Source of the DNA: a virus
Taxonomy: Duplodnaviria > Caudoviricetes
Virus record (IMG/VR): IMGVR_UViG_3300048598_000287
Span: 160,001 to 224,000 of that record
DNA: 64,000 nucleotides
Direction: 5' to 3' (one strand)
Position numbers and translations under genes: made by a program. The notes beneath the pieces were generated by a model, which saw only the letters and a list, made by a program, of their open reading frames with translations, made no database searches and had not been told where the DNA came from. Position 1 is the first letter of the stretch. Every line of letters starts with the position of its first letter. Positions 42,344 to 51,500 of the stretch are shown in pieces.

Positions 42344-42390
42344 ATGTGCGAAAACCCACCCCGATCTTTAGGAACGGGGTTGCTAGTTCA
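42343..42390. repeat. IS200/605-end-like miniature palindromic element (possibly also a terminator)
   Basis: gatgtgcg...accccg-atctttagga-acggggt...tagttca; start matches 10448 onward. Confidence 0.45.
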
Positions 42391-43086
42391 TTTATTATCA
42401 CAGAGCGGCGGATCGCTCTTTGTGGCAGGTTTAGCGGCTATGGAATTGTCCCTTGGCTTCGATATTTTCTTTTTAGTGGTTGGACTTTTCTTTTTTATAA
42501 ACTTTGGCAATTCTTTATCTATATTAGCGCACTGTTTAATTGCTTCAATATTTTCATACTCTTTCTTCTCTAAATATTTTCTATATGAGTCATTACTCAT
42601 ATTGGGATCCCTAAACGGGGCCTCGGCAGCACTTGGGGTATCACGATCCGTATCACCACCACCATTACTGATGCGAACATTTGGATCCGGAATTGTATTA
42701 ACTGTATCGGATGGATCTGTTTGAGCCCCTATATGACCGCTGAACTGATTAATGAACGATGGCATATCATTCACCCGGTTTATTCCAGTTTCAGATGCCG
42801 ACCAATTTTTTACATCGTCCACGGACATTGCCTTATGCGATGACATATCATTCACTCGGGTTATTCCCCGTTCAGATGTTGGCATTTTTTTTACATCGCC
42901 CATGTGCATTGCCTGATGGTTACCATATGTATTACCAGTCGAAGGACGCGGTTCTACGGTTGGGGCAGTAGAACCTGTCGGCGTCTTATCAAACCCGATT
43001 TTTTTGTAATAATGCAGCAGTATCTCTGATATGTTGCTTGTAGCCGATGCAAGATCGGCGAGAGTTTTAATCATGCTAGTTTCCAT
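42388..43086 (-). CDS. Hypothetical protein with a tandem 27-aa repeat
   Basis: Likely start METSMIK (GGAG RBS); HQAMHMGDVKK...RVNDMSS / HKAMSVDDVKN...RVNDMPS. Confidence 0.7.
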   Translation of the reverse strand: METSMIKTLADLASATSNISEILLHYYKKIGFDKTPTGSTAPTVEPRPSTGNTYGNHQAMHMGDVKKMPTSERGITRVNDMSSHKAMSVDDVKNWSASETGINRVNDMPSFINQFSGHIGAQTDPSDTVNTIPDPNVRISNGGGDTDRDTPSAAEAPFRDPNMSNDSYRKYLEKKEYENIEAIKQCANIDKELPKFIKKKSPTTKKKISKPRDNSIAAKPATKSDPPLCDNK

Positions 43087-43158
43087 ACAGTCTCCTGAAA
43101 AAAATGTATATTCAACTGATGATAATATATATTTTATGCTAAACAATAGGATACTCAT

Positions 43159-43608
43159 ATGATATCGTCAGGACTTCTTATAACAGATGGAATCCGTTTC
43201 TTGGCAGAGCTTCCTCTATACCAATCTCCCATAGATCATGGATATGATCTTCCAAAAGGACATGTCGAGCCATTTGATGCCGATTATAGAGCCAGTGCAT
43301 TCCGGGAAGCCAAAGAAGAAACCGGGCATGATTTTGATGCATACATGGATATGGCCGTTCCACTATCTGATTCGCCCGTTAAATATATAAAGGGAAAGCA
43401 GATAATTATTTATCTACTTAAACTCTTACCGGAAGATATGCCGGAAATTTCAGAATATCATTGTGACAGTTTTTTTGCCGATAAGAAAACAGGAAAGCAA
43501 TCACCCGAAGTAATTGCATATGAATACAAGCCGCTTAAAGAAATACGCAGATGGCTTTTCTCAAGTTATGGGAAAACTTTCGATATTCTTAAAATATTCA
43601 CAGAATGA
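43159..43608 (+). CDS. Nudix hydrolase (leaderless paralogue of 41716-42297)
   Basis: SSGLLITDG, FLAELP, YDLPKGHVE, AFREAKEETG. Confidence 0.9.
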   Translation: MISSGLLITDGIRFLAELPLYQSPIDHGYDLPKGHVEPFDADYRASAFREAKEETGHDFDAYMDMAVPLSDSPVKYIKGKQIIIYLLKLLPEDMPEISEYHCDSFFADKKTGKQSPEVIAYEYKPLKEIRRWLFSSYGKTFDILKIFTE

Positions 43609-43635
43609 AAAATCCCGGCAATGCCGGGATTTTTT
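43608..43635. terminator. Bidirectional terminator
   Basis: aaaaatcccggca-a-tgccgggattttt between convergent genes. Confidence 0.8.
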
Positions 43636-44791
43636 AATCCTGATCGCTTACCATATTTCTTTCATGCCTAGAACCTATATATAACAATCCGATGTTGATT
43701 GTATATAGCAAAACACATACAGGAAGCAAAACATTAATATCAAGGTGTTTTAGAAACAACGCCGCTATCCCTGCGAATCCCCATCCGCTAAGAGTAAACG
43801 AATGAATTGTTGATGTATTGTTTATGCCGTATTTATCCGCGATAAAACTAGGAAGAAGAGAGAATCCTCCGCCGTAATTCATATTAAGTATCATAATCAT
43901 TATAACGAACATTATAGTAGATGGAAAGAAAATAGATCCCATGCATATCAGCGCGCTTAATGCAAATACGATAACATACGGAAACCATCTGTTAGTATGA
44001 TCACTTATCCATGCGAATCCAAACCTTCCGCCTGCATTGAAAACTGCGCTCAATGTGCAAAATACCGTTGCAAGTCCTATTTCTACCCCTAAATGCTTAT
44101 ATAGTTGGGCTTCCTGTGAAATGAAGGCAAGACCGCATGCGATGTTCAGGAAGAAGAACAGGCAGGTTGAAATATATGGCAACGTGAATGCAATATTCTT
44201 AAGCTTTACAGTTTCGACATTTTTTGCCATATAGTTAACGGGAAATTTACAGAAAAGAAAGGCGCAGATGACCAGCGGTATAAGATATATCCCGGTAAGT
44301 ATGTAAAATGCATTATCTATTGAGAAATTACTTGTCAGATATGTGTAAAGCGGACTTGAAAATGATTTGGCAAGTCCGAACGAAAGTATAGCTATTGCGC
44401 TTGCTACCGCTTTGTTATGTCTGAAATACAGCATCAACGTTTTTATTGGTGCCACATATCCAAGTCCGCAGCTGCATCCGAACAGGAATCCGTAGGAAAT
44501 GTAGAACAGTGTAACGCTATGTATATGGCAGGCTAGTCCGCTAAGCATGAATCCAGATGCGAACAGAACGACTGACATGACATATACCTTTTTAGGATTC
44601 TTCTCGACGAATTTTCCCATGAACGCCGCGGATAGTCCAAGAAACAATATTGCAAGAGAAAACGCAAATGACATGTCATGATTTAACACTGCTGTCACAT
44701 GGCTTGAAAGAAGACTCCACGCATATACCTGACCTATGCATAGCGAAAGAAAAATTGTTGCCAGGACTGTCCTTATCTGAAGGATTTTCAT
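43634..44791 (-). CDS. MFS transporter, oxalate/formate antiporter (OFA)-like
   Basis: GQVYAWS, GLGYVAPI, FNAGGRFGFAWISD, YGGGFS.LP..IAD.YG; about 12 TM helices. Confidence 0.85.
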   Translation of the reverse strand: MKILQIRTVLATIFLSLCIGQVYAWSLLSSHVTAVLNHDMSFAFSLAILFLGLSAAFMGKFVEKNPKKVYVMSVVLFASGFMLSGLACHIHSVTLFYISYGFLFGCSCGLGYVAPIKTLMLYFRHNKAVASAIAILSFGLAKSFSSPLYTYLTSNFSIDNAFYILTGIYLIPLVICAFLFCKFPVNYMAKNVETVKLKNIAFTLPYISTCLFFFLNIACGLAFISQEAQLYKHLGVEIGLATVFCTLSAVFNAGGRFGFAWISDHTNRWFPYVIVFALSALICMGSIFFPSTIMFVIMIMILNMNYGGGFSLLPSFIADKYGINNTSTIHSFTLSGWGFAGIAALFLKHLDINVLLPVCVLLYTINIGLLYIGSRHERNMVSDQD

Positions 44792-44876
44792 ATATACCTC
44801 TCTATTTATGTTATTAGACGCCGTATGATATTCTTTGAATGCACATAATTCAATGATTCTATAAGAAGTCTAATAA

Positions 44877-45570
44877 CATGATACAGAAAATATAATGAAT
44901 CAATGGAATATATGCAAGACTGGAAGTTAATAAAGATATAATTTATATGAAGGATATAAACTATTAATATGATTGTCCTATCGACACAACATACACTCAA
45001 GTTCGCTAATGCAAGAAAGCAGGATGAAATTCTCATCCTGCTGTCTGAATGGCGCAGAGTGATGCAGCTGATCTGTGACGACCTGTGGAGTAACGGATAC
45101 TGCTGGATGGAAGACGGATGCATCCATGAGTTCAATGTACGCAAATTCAAGCTCTCATTACCTAAATACCTGGACTACAACCGTTTCAGCATAGACACGT
45201 GGCTAAGCGGACGTATGCTCAGTTAATTGGTCACGTGGCTAAGCGGACGTATGCTCAGTTCATTGGTCACGCAGCTAAGCGGCAAGCTCCGTGCAATGCT
45301 AAGCAAGCAGTCGGCGCGGATATATGTATTTGACAGGCTATGCGGACAGGGCGAATACAGCGAACGGCTCTGGGCAAAGATAGAAGAATCGATGCCGAAG
45401 AAGCCGGATTTAAGTGATGCGGGAATAGAGATCAGCTCTAAATGCGCGGATTTCATGGAAACGCCCGGTGGAAAGTTCTACGGATACGTCAGGATCAAAT
45501 CTACGGGACGAGAACACGTCAGGATTCCCATCTGCAGGCATTCCAGGCTGAAGAAATACACGGACGGAAC
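44877..45570 (+). mobile_element. 5' part of a TnpB-like element (left end plus truncated tnpB), copy 1
   Basis: 44877-45026 is homologous to the reverse complement of 56878-57027; carries late promoter 44955-44963. Confidence 0.65.
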
Positions 45571-45592
45571 CCGGGAACGCCCGGAAAGGTGA
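44969..45592 (+). pseudogene. tnpB: TnpB-like RNA-guided nuclease pseudogene (N-terminal ~190 aa; RuvC part missing)
   Basis: STQHTLKFAN..K, RRVMQLICDDLW, DTWLSGRML, KPDL and IPI.RH resemble phage TnpB N-termini; in-frame 36-bp duplication with TAA; truncated near 45571. Confidence 0.6.
45196..45282 (+). repeat. 36-bp tandem duplication (two copies plus a partial third)
   Basis: cacgtggctaagcggacgtatgctcagtt(a/c)attggt x2, then cacgcagctaagcgg. Confidence 0.9.
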
Positions 45593-45737
45593 CGATGTGC
45601 TCAAACGTTCCCGGAGGCTCATTGCACCGGCCCCGCGGGAAATGTAGATTAGACACGCGGAGCGGTGCCGGATCCGCCCGGGGTCGCTGGGCGATGAACC
45701 TCGGGATCTTGCGCCGCAGGTTAGCTAGTCGTTAGGC
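45571..45737 (+). repeat. GC-rich attC-like structured repeat (left copy, ends GTTAGGC)
   Basis: Imperfect inverted copy at 50677-50826; internal hairpin ccgggaacg...cgttcccgg. Confidence 0.55.
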
Positions 45738-45856
45738 GAACAAAAAATAAAGCCAGAAAACGCCATTCCTAATATCAAAACAGTCCAGTCGTCCATGACT
45801 GGGCAATATGCATCAGGAGCCCATATTTGCCAAAAAAAATGTATATTTTAAGTAAC

Positions 45857-47509
45857 ATGATAGCTAATATAAACGAACACAAAAGTCGCATAGCGAAGCA
45901 CATCAAGGATAACGGGGTTTATTACACACCTGACAATCTTGCTGACTTTGTTGCACGCGCAGTTTGGAGGAATATTGGAAATCATAAAGTCGGCACCGTA
46001 TTTGATCCTGCTGTAGGCGAAGGGAGCTTATTGAAGGCATTGTTTAAGTATGCCCCAAATAAGACCATTAGTTACAAAGGTTCAGATATAGATCAAGATG
46101 CTATTCAATCATGTATTACGAATGAGGCATTTGGTAGTGAGTTTAAATTTTCAGTTAAAGATTTTGTAGAATCAATTGACCAATCATTTGGCCTGTTTCA
46201 AGATATTAATGTTGAATATTCTGATGTTATAATTATGAACCCGCCTTATGTAAGAACTCAGAATCTTTCAAATGAAAAAATTAAGACTGTTGCAAAAGAG
46301 CTAGGATTAACAGGGCGTGTTGATTTAGCACATGTATTTATTGCTGGTTCTGCACGGTTTTTGCGAGCAGGTGGAATACTTGCTGTAATTACTTCGAATA
46401 AATTTATGCAAACTCTTGCAGGAGAGGGTCTTCGAATCGTCATAAAGAATGAATTTGAAATCTGTGAAGTCTGGGACTTTGGAGATACAAAACTATTTGG
46501 CGCGGCGGTTCTTCCAATGGTTATGGTTTTGCGAAAGAAACCATGCGAAAATGGACAGGGTGAATTTTATTCTTGTTATAAATGTAATGAAAATCAAAAC
46601 AGGAATTTACCAGTCGAAAACGACAGTCTAATTAATGAACTTATTAGCGCGGGCTTTACTATCAACTGCGGTTCATTACTTAATGGAGCTAGCGAAAATC
46701 GTAAAGTCTGGGTATCTTCAGATGAACAAACAAATAAGTTTCTTGATTCAGTGAAAAAGAATTGCTGGAGAACATTTGGAGATGTATCAAAAATATCTGT
46801 TGGAATCAAGACAACTGCCGATGATGTATTTATCAAGCAAAACTGGAATAGCTTTATACCAAGACCAGAGCTACTTAAACCGCTAGTGACACATGAAGTG
46901 GCTGGAAATATTTATCCTTCCGATATCCAGTCAACCCGCTCCGTATTGTACACACATGAACGTGATGGCGCAAAAAAAAGACCTGTAGATCTTTCTCTAT
47001 ATCCAATCTCTAAAAAATTCCTAGAATCCAATAGAGCACGCCTTGAATCTAGAGATTATATAAAGAAAGCAGGTAGACTTTGGTATGAAATTTGGGTGCC
47101 ACAGGATCCAGCAGTATGGTCAAAGCAAAAAATCGTATTTCGTGAAATTTCAGAGTTGCCACAATTTTGGCTTGATAATAGTGGCTCTGTTGTAAATGGC
47201 GATTGCTATTGGATTGCATTTGATGAATCTGCTCATCCAGATCTTATTTGGTTAATGCTTGGAATTGCCAATTCTGCATTCATTGTTAAATATTACGATG
47301 TTGTATTTAATAATAAAATATATGCTAATCGTAGGCGATTTATGGCTCAATATGTTCAAACATTTCCAATACCAAATCCTGAATCAAAAAGCTCTAAGGC
47401 CATTATTGATTTAGTCAAAGTGATTTTCAACGATAGACTTCCTCAAGAGTCTTGGGCTCATAAGTTAGATACACTTGTTAATAAATCATTCGGATTAGAT
47501 AAATCCTGA
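45857..47509 (+). CDS. Type II N6-adenine DNA methyltransferase, M.BseCI/M.BanIII/M.ClaI-like
   Basis: GVYYTP, FDPAVGEG, NPPYVRT, GRVDL, ITSNK, GDTKLF, GIKTTAD, W(Y)EIWVPQ; likely start MIANIN. Confidence 0.85.
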   Translation: MIANINEHKSRIAKHIKDNGVYYTPDNLADFVARAVWRNIGNHKVGTVFDPAVGEGSLLKALFKYAPNKTISYKGSDIDQDAIQSCITNEAFGSEFKFSVKDFVESIDQSFGLFQDINVEYSDVIIMNPPYVRTQNLSNEKIKTVAKELGLTGRVDLAHVFIAGSARFLRAGGILAVITSNKFMQTLAGEGLRIVIKNEFEICEVWDFGDTKLFGAAVLPMVMVLRKKPCENGQGEFYSCYKCNENQNRNLPVENDSLINELISAGFTINCGSLLNGASENRKVWVSSDEQTNKFLDSVKKNCWRTFGDVSKISVGIKTTADDVFIKQNWNSFIPRPELLKPLVTHEVAGNIYPSDIQSTRSVLYTHERDGAKKRPVDLSLYPISKKFLESNRARLESRDYIKKAGRLWYEIWVPQDPAVWSKQKIVFREISELPQFWLDNSGSVVNGDCYWIAFDESAHPDLIWLMLGIANSAFIVKYYDVVFNNKIYANRRRFMAQYVQTFPIPNPESKSSKAIIDLVKVIFNDRLPQESWAHKLDTLVNKSFGLDKS

Positions 47510-48104
47510 TGGTATTGGTATTTGTAGCTTTGTATTCTTGACCTTTCCTTCAAATCGAGGAAAGAACTTAAAGAACTCTTTACCAGAGCACAAATAGTAA
47601 TTTTCAATAGTTAGGCTATCCTCAAGAATTGATGCGTAAATAATGAGGTAGCGAACCATATACGCAAGATAGGGTGTTTTCCAAGCAGCATCAATTACAA
47701 AATCCTCATCAGGCTGATGGAGCCCCAAATCAATTGTTGGAGATGTTTGAAGCTTAATCTCTAAAAGTTGATTTGGGATATCTGGAAACTGACCACTATC
47801 TTGCCCAATTTCATAGCAAAGTAAGCGACAAATCTTTTCATGAAGATAATATCCTCTATTTCGATCATCGGTCATTCCTCCATAAGGAAATTGCATTAAG
47901 AGCAGAGGCTTGAGTTGCTGGCCAATCTCATCAATTGTTAATAGTGTTCTCGGGATTGGTTCGTCTAAGCACGATGCTTGAGAATTAAATTTAAGAGATG
48001 TTCCTTTTGGCCTTACTTCAAAACTATCAGAAGAAAGTATACGAGATGTAAGTTGCTTAGGCTCTAGTCTTGCTTGATATTTATGTGTAAGTGTTCCAGT
48101 TTTA
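47495..48104 (-). pseudogene. Cognate Type II restriction endonuclease, N-terminally truncated by IS256
   Basis: Frame stays open up to the IS end (KTGTLTHKYQAR...RNRG...GQFPDIPNQLLEIKLQTSPTIDLG); convergent with the MTase; no start codon. Confidence 0.75.
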
Positions 48105-49449
48105 GATAATGCAACCCTTTTTTCTGTAAATTTATTTCTTCACTTTCTTCATCGCTTTGGGGTTTAAGTAAATCTTACCATCAGTCCATTCGTCGTTTTG
48201 CTCCATAAGTAGAGCACCAACAAGCCTTAGACATGATTCATCATTAGGGAATATCCCTACGACACGGGTTCTACGACGTATTTCTTTGTTCAGTCTCTCT
48301 AAACAGTTGCTAGTCCTGATCTTGCGCCATGCATCCTGTTTGAAGGCATAGAAAGTCATTCCGTCTTCATAGTTCGCTTCTAGCCAAGAGCTGAAATCGG
48401 AGGCCCGCTTGCGGTACTGCCCTATTATTTTCTTGGCCACGGCTCTGGCTTGTTCGAGGGTCTCTTGTCCATAGATACGGCGCATGGCTTCGCCTATCTC
48501 TTTGCGCATGTCGTTTCTTGGCACCCTGTTCTGGGCGTCTTGTGCCATATGGAAAAGGCATCGTTGCCAAGGGACTGATGGAAATACTGCTTTGCGGGCA
48601 TTACGAAGTCCTGCGTGATCATCGCTTATAATCAACTCCATTCCTGTAAGACCCCTACCGGTTAATGACTCTAAGAATTGTCTCCAGTTTGTTTCGGCTT
48701 CACTGCTAGAAGTGTCTACACCTAAAATCTCTCGCTGGCCCTTCGCATTGAGTCCAACTGCGATCAGTATGGCCCGATCGCATACTTGACCGTCCTTGCG
48801 TACTTTCTGATATTGAGCGTCCAGCCATACGACTTGCATGGGGCCCAGTTCTCGGCTCCTGAATTTCTGCACCTCCGCATCAAGGCCCTGCGCTGCCTTG
48901 GAGACCTGGGATGAGCTTATTTCAAGCCCGCAGAGTTTCTCCAGTATCCTTGTGACCTTTCGGGTCGATACGCCTTGCACATACATTTCTGCCAGAGCTA
49001 AGCGTAACGCCTTTTCAGATCTTGTGGCTGCCTCTAAAGACTTGGGATAAAACCCACTTTCTCGGGTTTGCGGAATGTCTAAGGCTACTTTTCCTAAACC
49101 TGTCGTTATTGATCGAGGTTTAAACCCATTAGCATAGTCCATACGCTCATCAGTACGCTCATAGGGTTGTGCTTTCAGGTAGCTTGATCGTTCCACTTTC
49201 ATTGCCTCATTCATCATAATCCGAAATAAGTCGAGGATTGCATCAGGGCCTCGCTCCACAAGCATGTTTAAAATGTCTGCGGAATTTGTATATTCAGCAT
49301 TGGAGTTCTTCATCTGTTTTCCTTTAGTTGAAGTTTGTCGTAATTCCAAAACTAAAAGAATTGAAGGACTCCATCTGGCCCTTCCCCAATCACCGTAGGG
49401 TGACTTGGTGGAGGGGCTGATGAATTTACAGAAAAAAATTTACACTATC
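48105..49449 (-). mobile_element. IS256-family insertion sequence
   Basis: Terminal IRs GATAATGCAACCCTTTTTTCTGTAAATT / GATAGTGTAAATTTTTTTCTGTAAATT; flanks are not duplicated. Confidence 0.9.
48132..49313 (-). CDS. IS256-family transposase
   Basis: NGFKPR, MYVQGVSTRKV, WLDA, ISDDHAGL, WQRC.FH, TSNCLERLNKEIRRR. Confidence 0.95.
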   Translation of the reverse strand: MKNSNAEYTNSADILNMLVERGPDAILDLFRIMMNEAMKVERSSYLKAQPYERTDERMDYANGFKPRSITTGLGKVALDIPQTRESGFYPKSLEAATRSEKALRLALAEMYVQGVSTRKVTRILEKLCGLEISSSQVSKAAQGLDAEVQKFRSRELGPMQVVWLDAQYQKVRKDGQVCDRAILIAVGLNAKGQREILGVDTSSSEAETNWRQFLESLTGRGLTGMELIISDDHAGLRNARKAVFPSVPWQRCLFHMAQDAQNRVPRNDMRKEIGEAMRRIYGQETLEQARAVAKKIIGQYRKRASDFSSWLEANYEDGMTFYAFKQDAWRKIRTSNCLERLNKEIRRRTRVVGIFPNDESCLRLVGALLMEQNDEWTDGKIYLNPKAMKKVKK

Positions 49450-49850
49450 GAATCTTCGGCAGAGACGTAGTTGATTTCGAATTCGTTGACACCGAAAGAA
49501 TGGATGATGTTTTTTAGTTCCGAAATCAGTTTCTGCTCAATGTAAGTCCTGGCATTTTTGCGAAGCTTGTCACGCTGATTCTTGTTACTTTGGGTTATAC
49601 CGAAAAAAGATTTGTCAATGGCAATGTCGATATCTTCGGAAAAGCGTCGAATGAGCTTCCATCCTTTGCTGAGGGATGTTCCTCCTTTGAACGAAAAGGA
49701 TCCTTTGCAGGAGGACAAGGAAAGAGCCTTGAGAAGGGTGGTCACCCACCAGTCTTTTTCGATGATTGTGTCACTGACACCGGTTTTCTCCGAGGCTTGC
49801 TCGAGAAGTGTCCTTTTTTCGGAGAGGGTGTATTTGCTCCATGAACTCAT
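49450..49850 (-). pseudogene. abiEii: AbiEii nucleotidyltransferase toxin, C-terminally truncated by IS256
   Basis: IIEKDWWVT, FKGGTSLSK, RFSEDID; only ~133 aa before the IS end. Confidence 0.85.
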
Positions 49851-50458
49851 GTCAAGGCTCCTTTGACTGTGCAGCGCATCCACGTCGGCATTAAAAGGAT
49901 GTCTTTTTCAAAGGATTTTTCTTTGGAGCAGGCTAAAACGAGTTCTATTATCCTTGCACGTTGTTTTTCGGAAATATCATTTTCTCCGATTTCCTTGAGT
50001 GCAAGCATAAGCAGTAGCATTCTCTTGTCATTGAACAGAGCGTATTTCGCGGTTTGTCGCTTTAAGATAATGCTTCTTTTGCCAATTTTGATAGTTCTTG
50101 ACGATCCGGTGGTGACGAATTCTTCTTTTGTCGGAACCTGGTCGGAAAGGCCGAGAGCGTTTGCCGCGGTGACCCCAGCAGGAACAATGTCGACTTTGTC
50201 CCTTTCGGCAATTGCATATGCGATTTCTTCAAGGGATGGGAATTCTGTCCCGAAACGATTTTTTTTCGGATACAAGTAAACGCCGCCATATAGACGAATG
50301 AGATCTCCGCCCTTTGCCATTCTCGAAAAGGCTCGGGTTATGGCGGATTCCTCGCCAATGGAAGCGTAGTCCTTGACACAATGAATCTTGCCTCGGCCTT
50401 TGGCCTTGATGACTTCCTGAAGTTTTTTTGTCAGGTCTTTTTGCATGTTTTTATTCAC
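49847..50458 (-). CDS. abiEi: AbiEi-type antitoxin (DUF6088-like)
   Basis: AFSRM...LIRLYGGVY.YP, AANALGLSDQVP, TTGSSR.I; coupled to abiEii. Confidence 0.85.
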   Translation of the reverse strand: MNKNMQKDLTKKLQEVIKAKGRGKIHCVKDYASIGEESAITRAFSRMAKGGDLIRLYGGVYLYPKKNRFGTEFPSLEEIAYAIAERDKVDIVPAGVTAANALGLSDQVPTKEEFVTTGSSRTIKIGKRSIILKRQTAKYALFNDKRMLLLMLALKEIGENDISEKQRARIIELVLACSKEKSFEKDILLMPTWMRCTVKGALT

Positions 50459-50497
50459 CCTTATGTCCGAAATTTAGTAAAAAAATCAGACATAAGG
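50459..50497. promoter_or_regulatory. Inverted-repeat operator upstream of abiEi
   Basis: ccttatgtccga...tcagacataagg; AbiEi proteins are known to autoregulate at promoter inverted repeats. Confidence 0.6.
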
Positions 50498-50676
50498 AAA
50501 TCTCGCCATAAATAACTATCATATTCTGTTTTTGAATTTAACATTCATTTTAAATTCCCGCTTAAACATTTTTCCCACTTATGTTATTATAGTACCTTTT
50601 CCTTTCTCCATTGGTGTAAAAATAAATTTTCTCACCTTTTTCCCCAGTTGTGCTATCATATTCTACGCTATTATAA

Positions 50677-50826
50677 TCATAACGACTAACTAACTCACAG
50701 CGCAGGATCCCGAAGAAGTCCATCGCCTAACGCCCCCGGGCGGATCCGAGCCAGCTCCGCGTTCCAAATCTACATTTTTTGCGGAACCGGTCCAATGAGC
50801 TTCCGGGAACGTAAGAGCCCATTGTC
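50677..50826 (-). repeat. attC-like structured repeat (right, inverted copy, ends GTTATGA)
   Basis: Aligns to about 45591-45737. Confidence 0.55.
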
Positions 50827-51450
50827 AGGCAGGTCCTTTATGTCAAGGGAAGAATATTCTTTATCCAGGTCTATGGCATGCTGCTTAAGCCATTCGGATT
50901 CTTCGGGTGTCATTTCAGTATGTCCGTCAGAATATGCCTGTATCCATGAGTCGAAAGTATATTTTTCCTTGAACAGTTCAGTTATTTCCTGCGCCTTCGC
51001 AAATCTTGGATCATTTTTCTGCCACCGATCAAACACGTCCACATATCCGATAAGTACAGAAAGATGGATAAGGTCAAAATGCGCCTTGAAAAAATCATAG
51101 CATAGCATAGCTCCGCACTTTGATGTATCTATGATGATTCCATTGGCCGGATCATTATATTTCATAGCCGTGGGGTGATGGTCAAGGACAAGTATAGGAA
51201 GTCCGGTGCCACGAAGTATCCCCATTATCTTTTCAGGATAATAATCAGATGCGATTATACAGTCATATCCATCGGATATGGCAGGAATCTGTTCGCCTAC
51301 GCTTTCTTCTACATACCCATACCGCATTTCAATATACGTTATGTCATGATATACATTCTTCAGAACTAGATGCGATGCAGCGCCGTCCAAATCATAATGG
51401 GTAAGGTTAAGCACTTTAAGCGTAGGATTTTAAAAATATTCAAGATTCAT
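50770..51450 (-). pseudogene. DHH-family phosphoesterase, truncated at the island border
   Basis: THYDLDG, LDHH, CGA.L, D.FDRW; C-terminus runs into the repeat; ATG 51450 frame has TAA at codon 7. Confidence 0.75.
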
Positions 51451-51500
51451 ATGTTTGTCCTATTGGGTTTTGAATGGATGAAAGGGAACTATATAATTTT

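Noticed and set aside
45196-45282. 36-bp repeats next to a TnpB/Cas12-like gene as a CRISPR array
   Set aside because: The copies are directly tandem with no spacers and lie in frame within coding sequence, so this is a slippage duplication
45571-45737. Structured GC-rich stretch as the TnpB omega-RNA
   Set aside because: It interrupts tnpB before RuvC and has a second copy unlinked to tnpB
45571-50826. Island 1 as a transposon with terminal inverted repeats
   Set aside because: The repeats are diverged and truncated, there is no target duplication, the flanks belong to two different broken genes, and IS256 has its own IRs
45224-51432. In-frame TAA codons (tnpB, DHH) as stop-codon recoding
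   Set aside because: Core genes are uninterrupted in code 11 and end in TAA, TAG and TGA; both cases are in truncated genes
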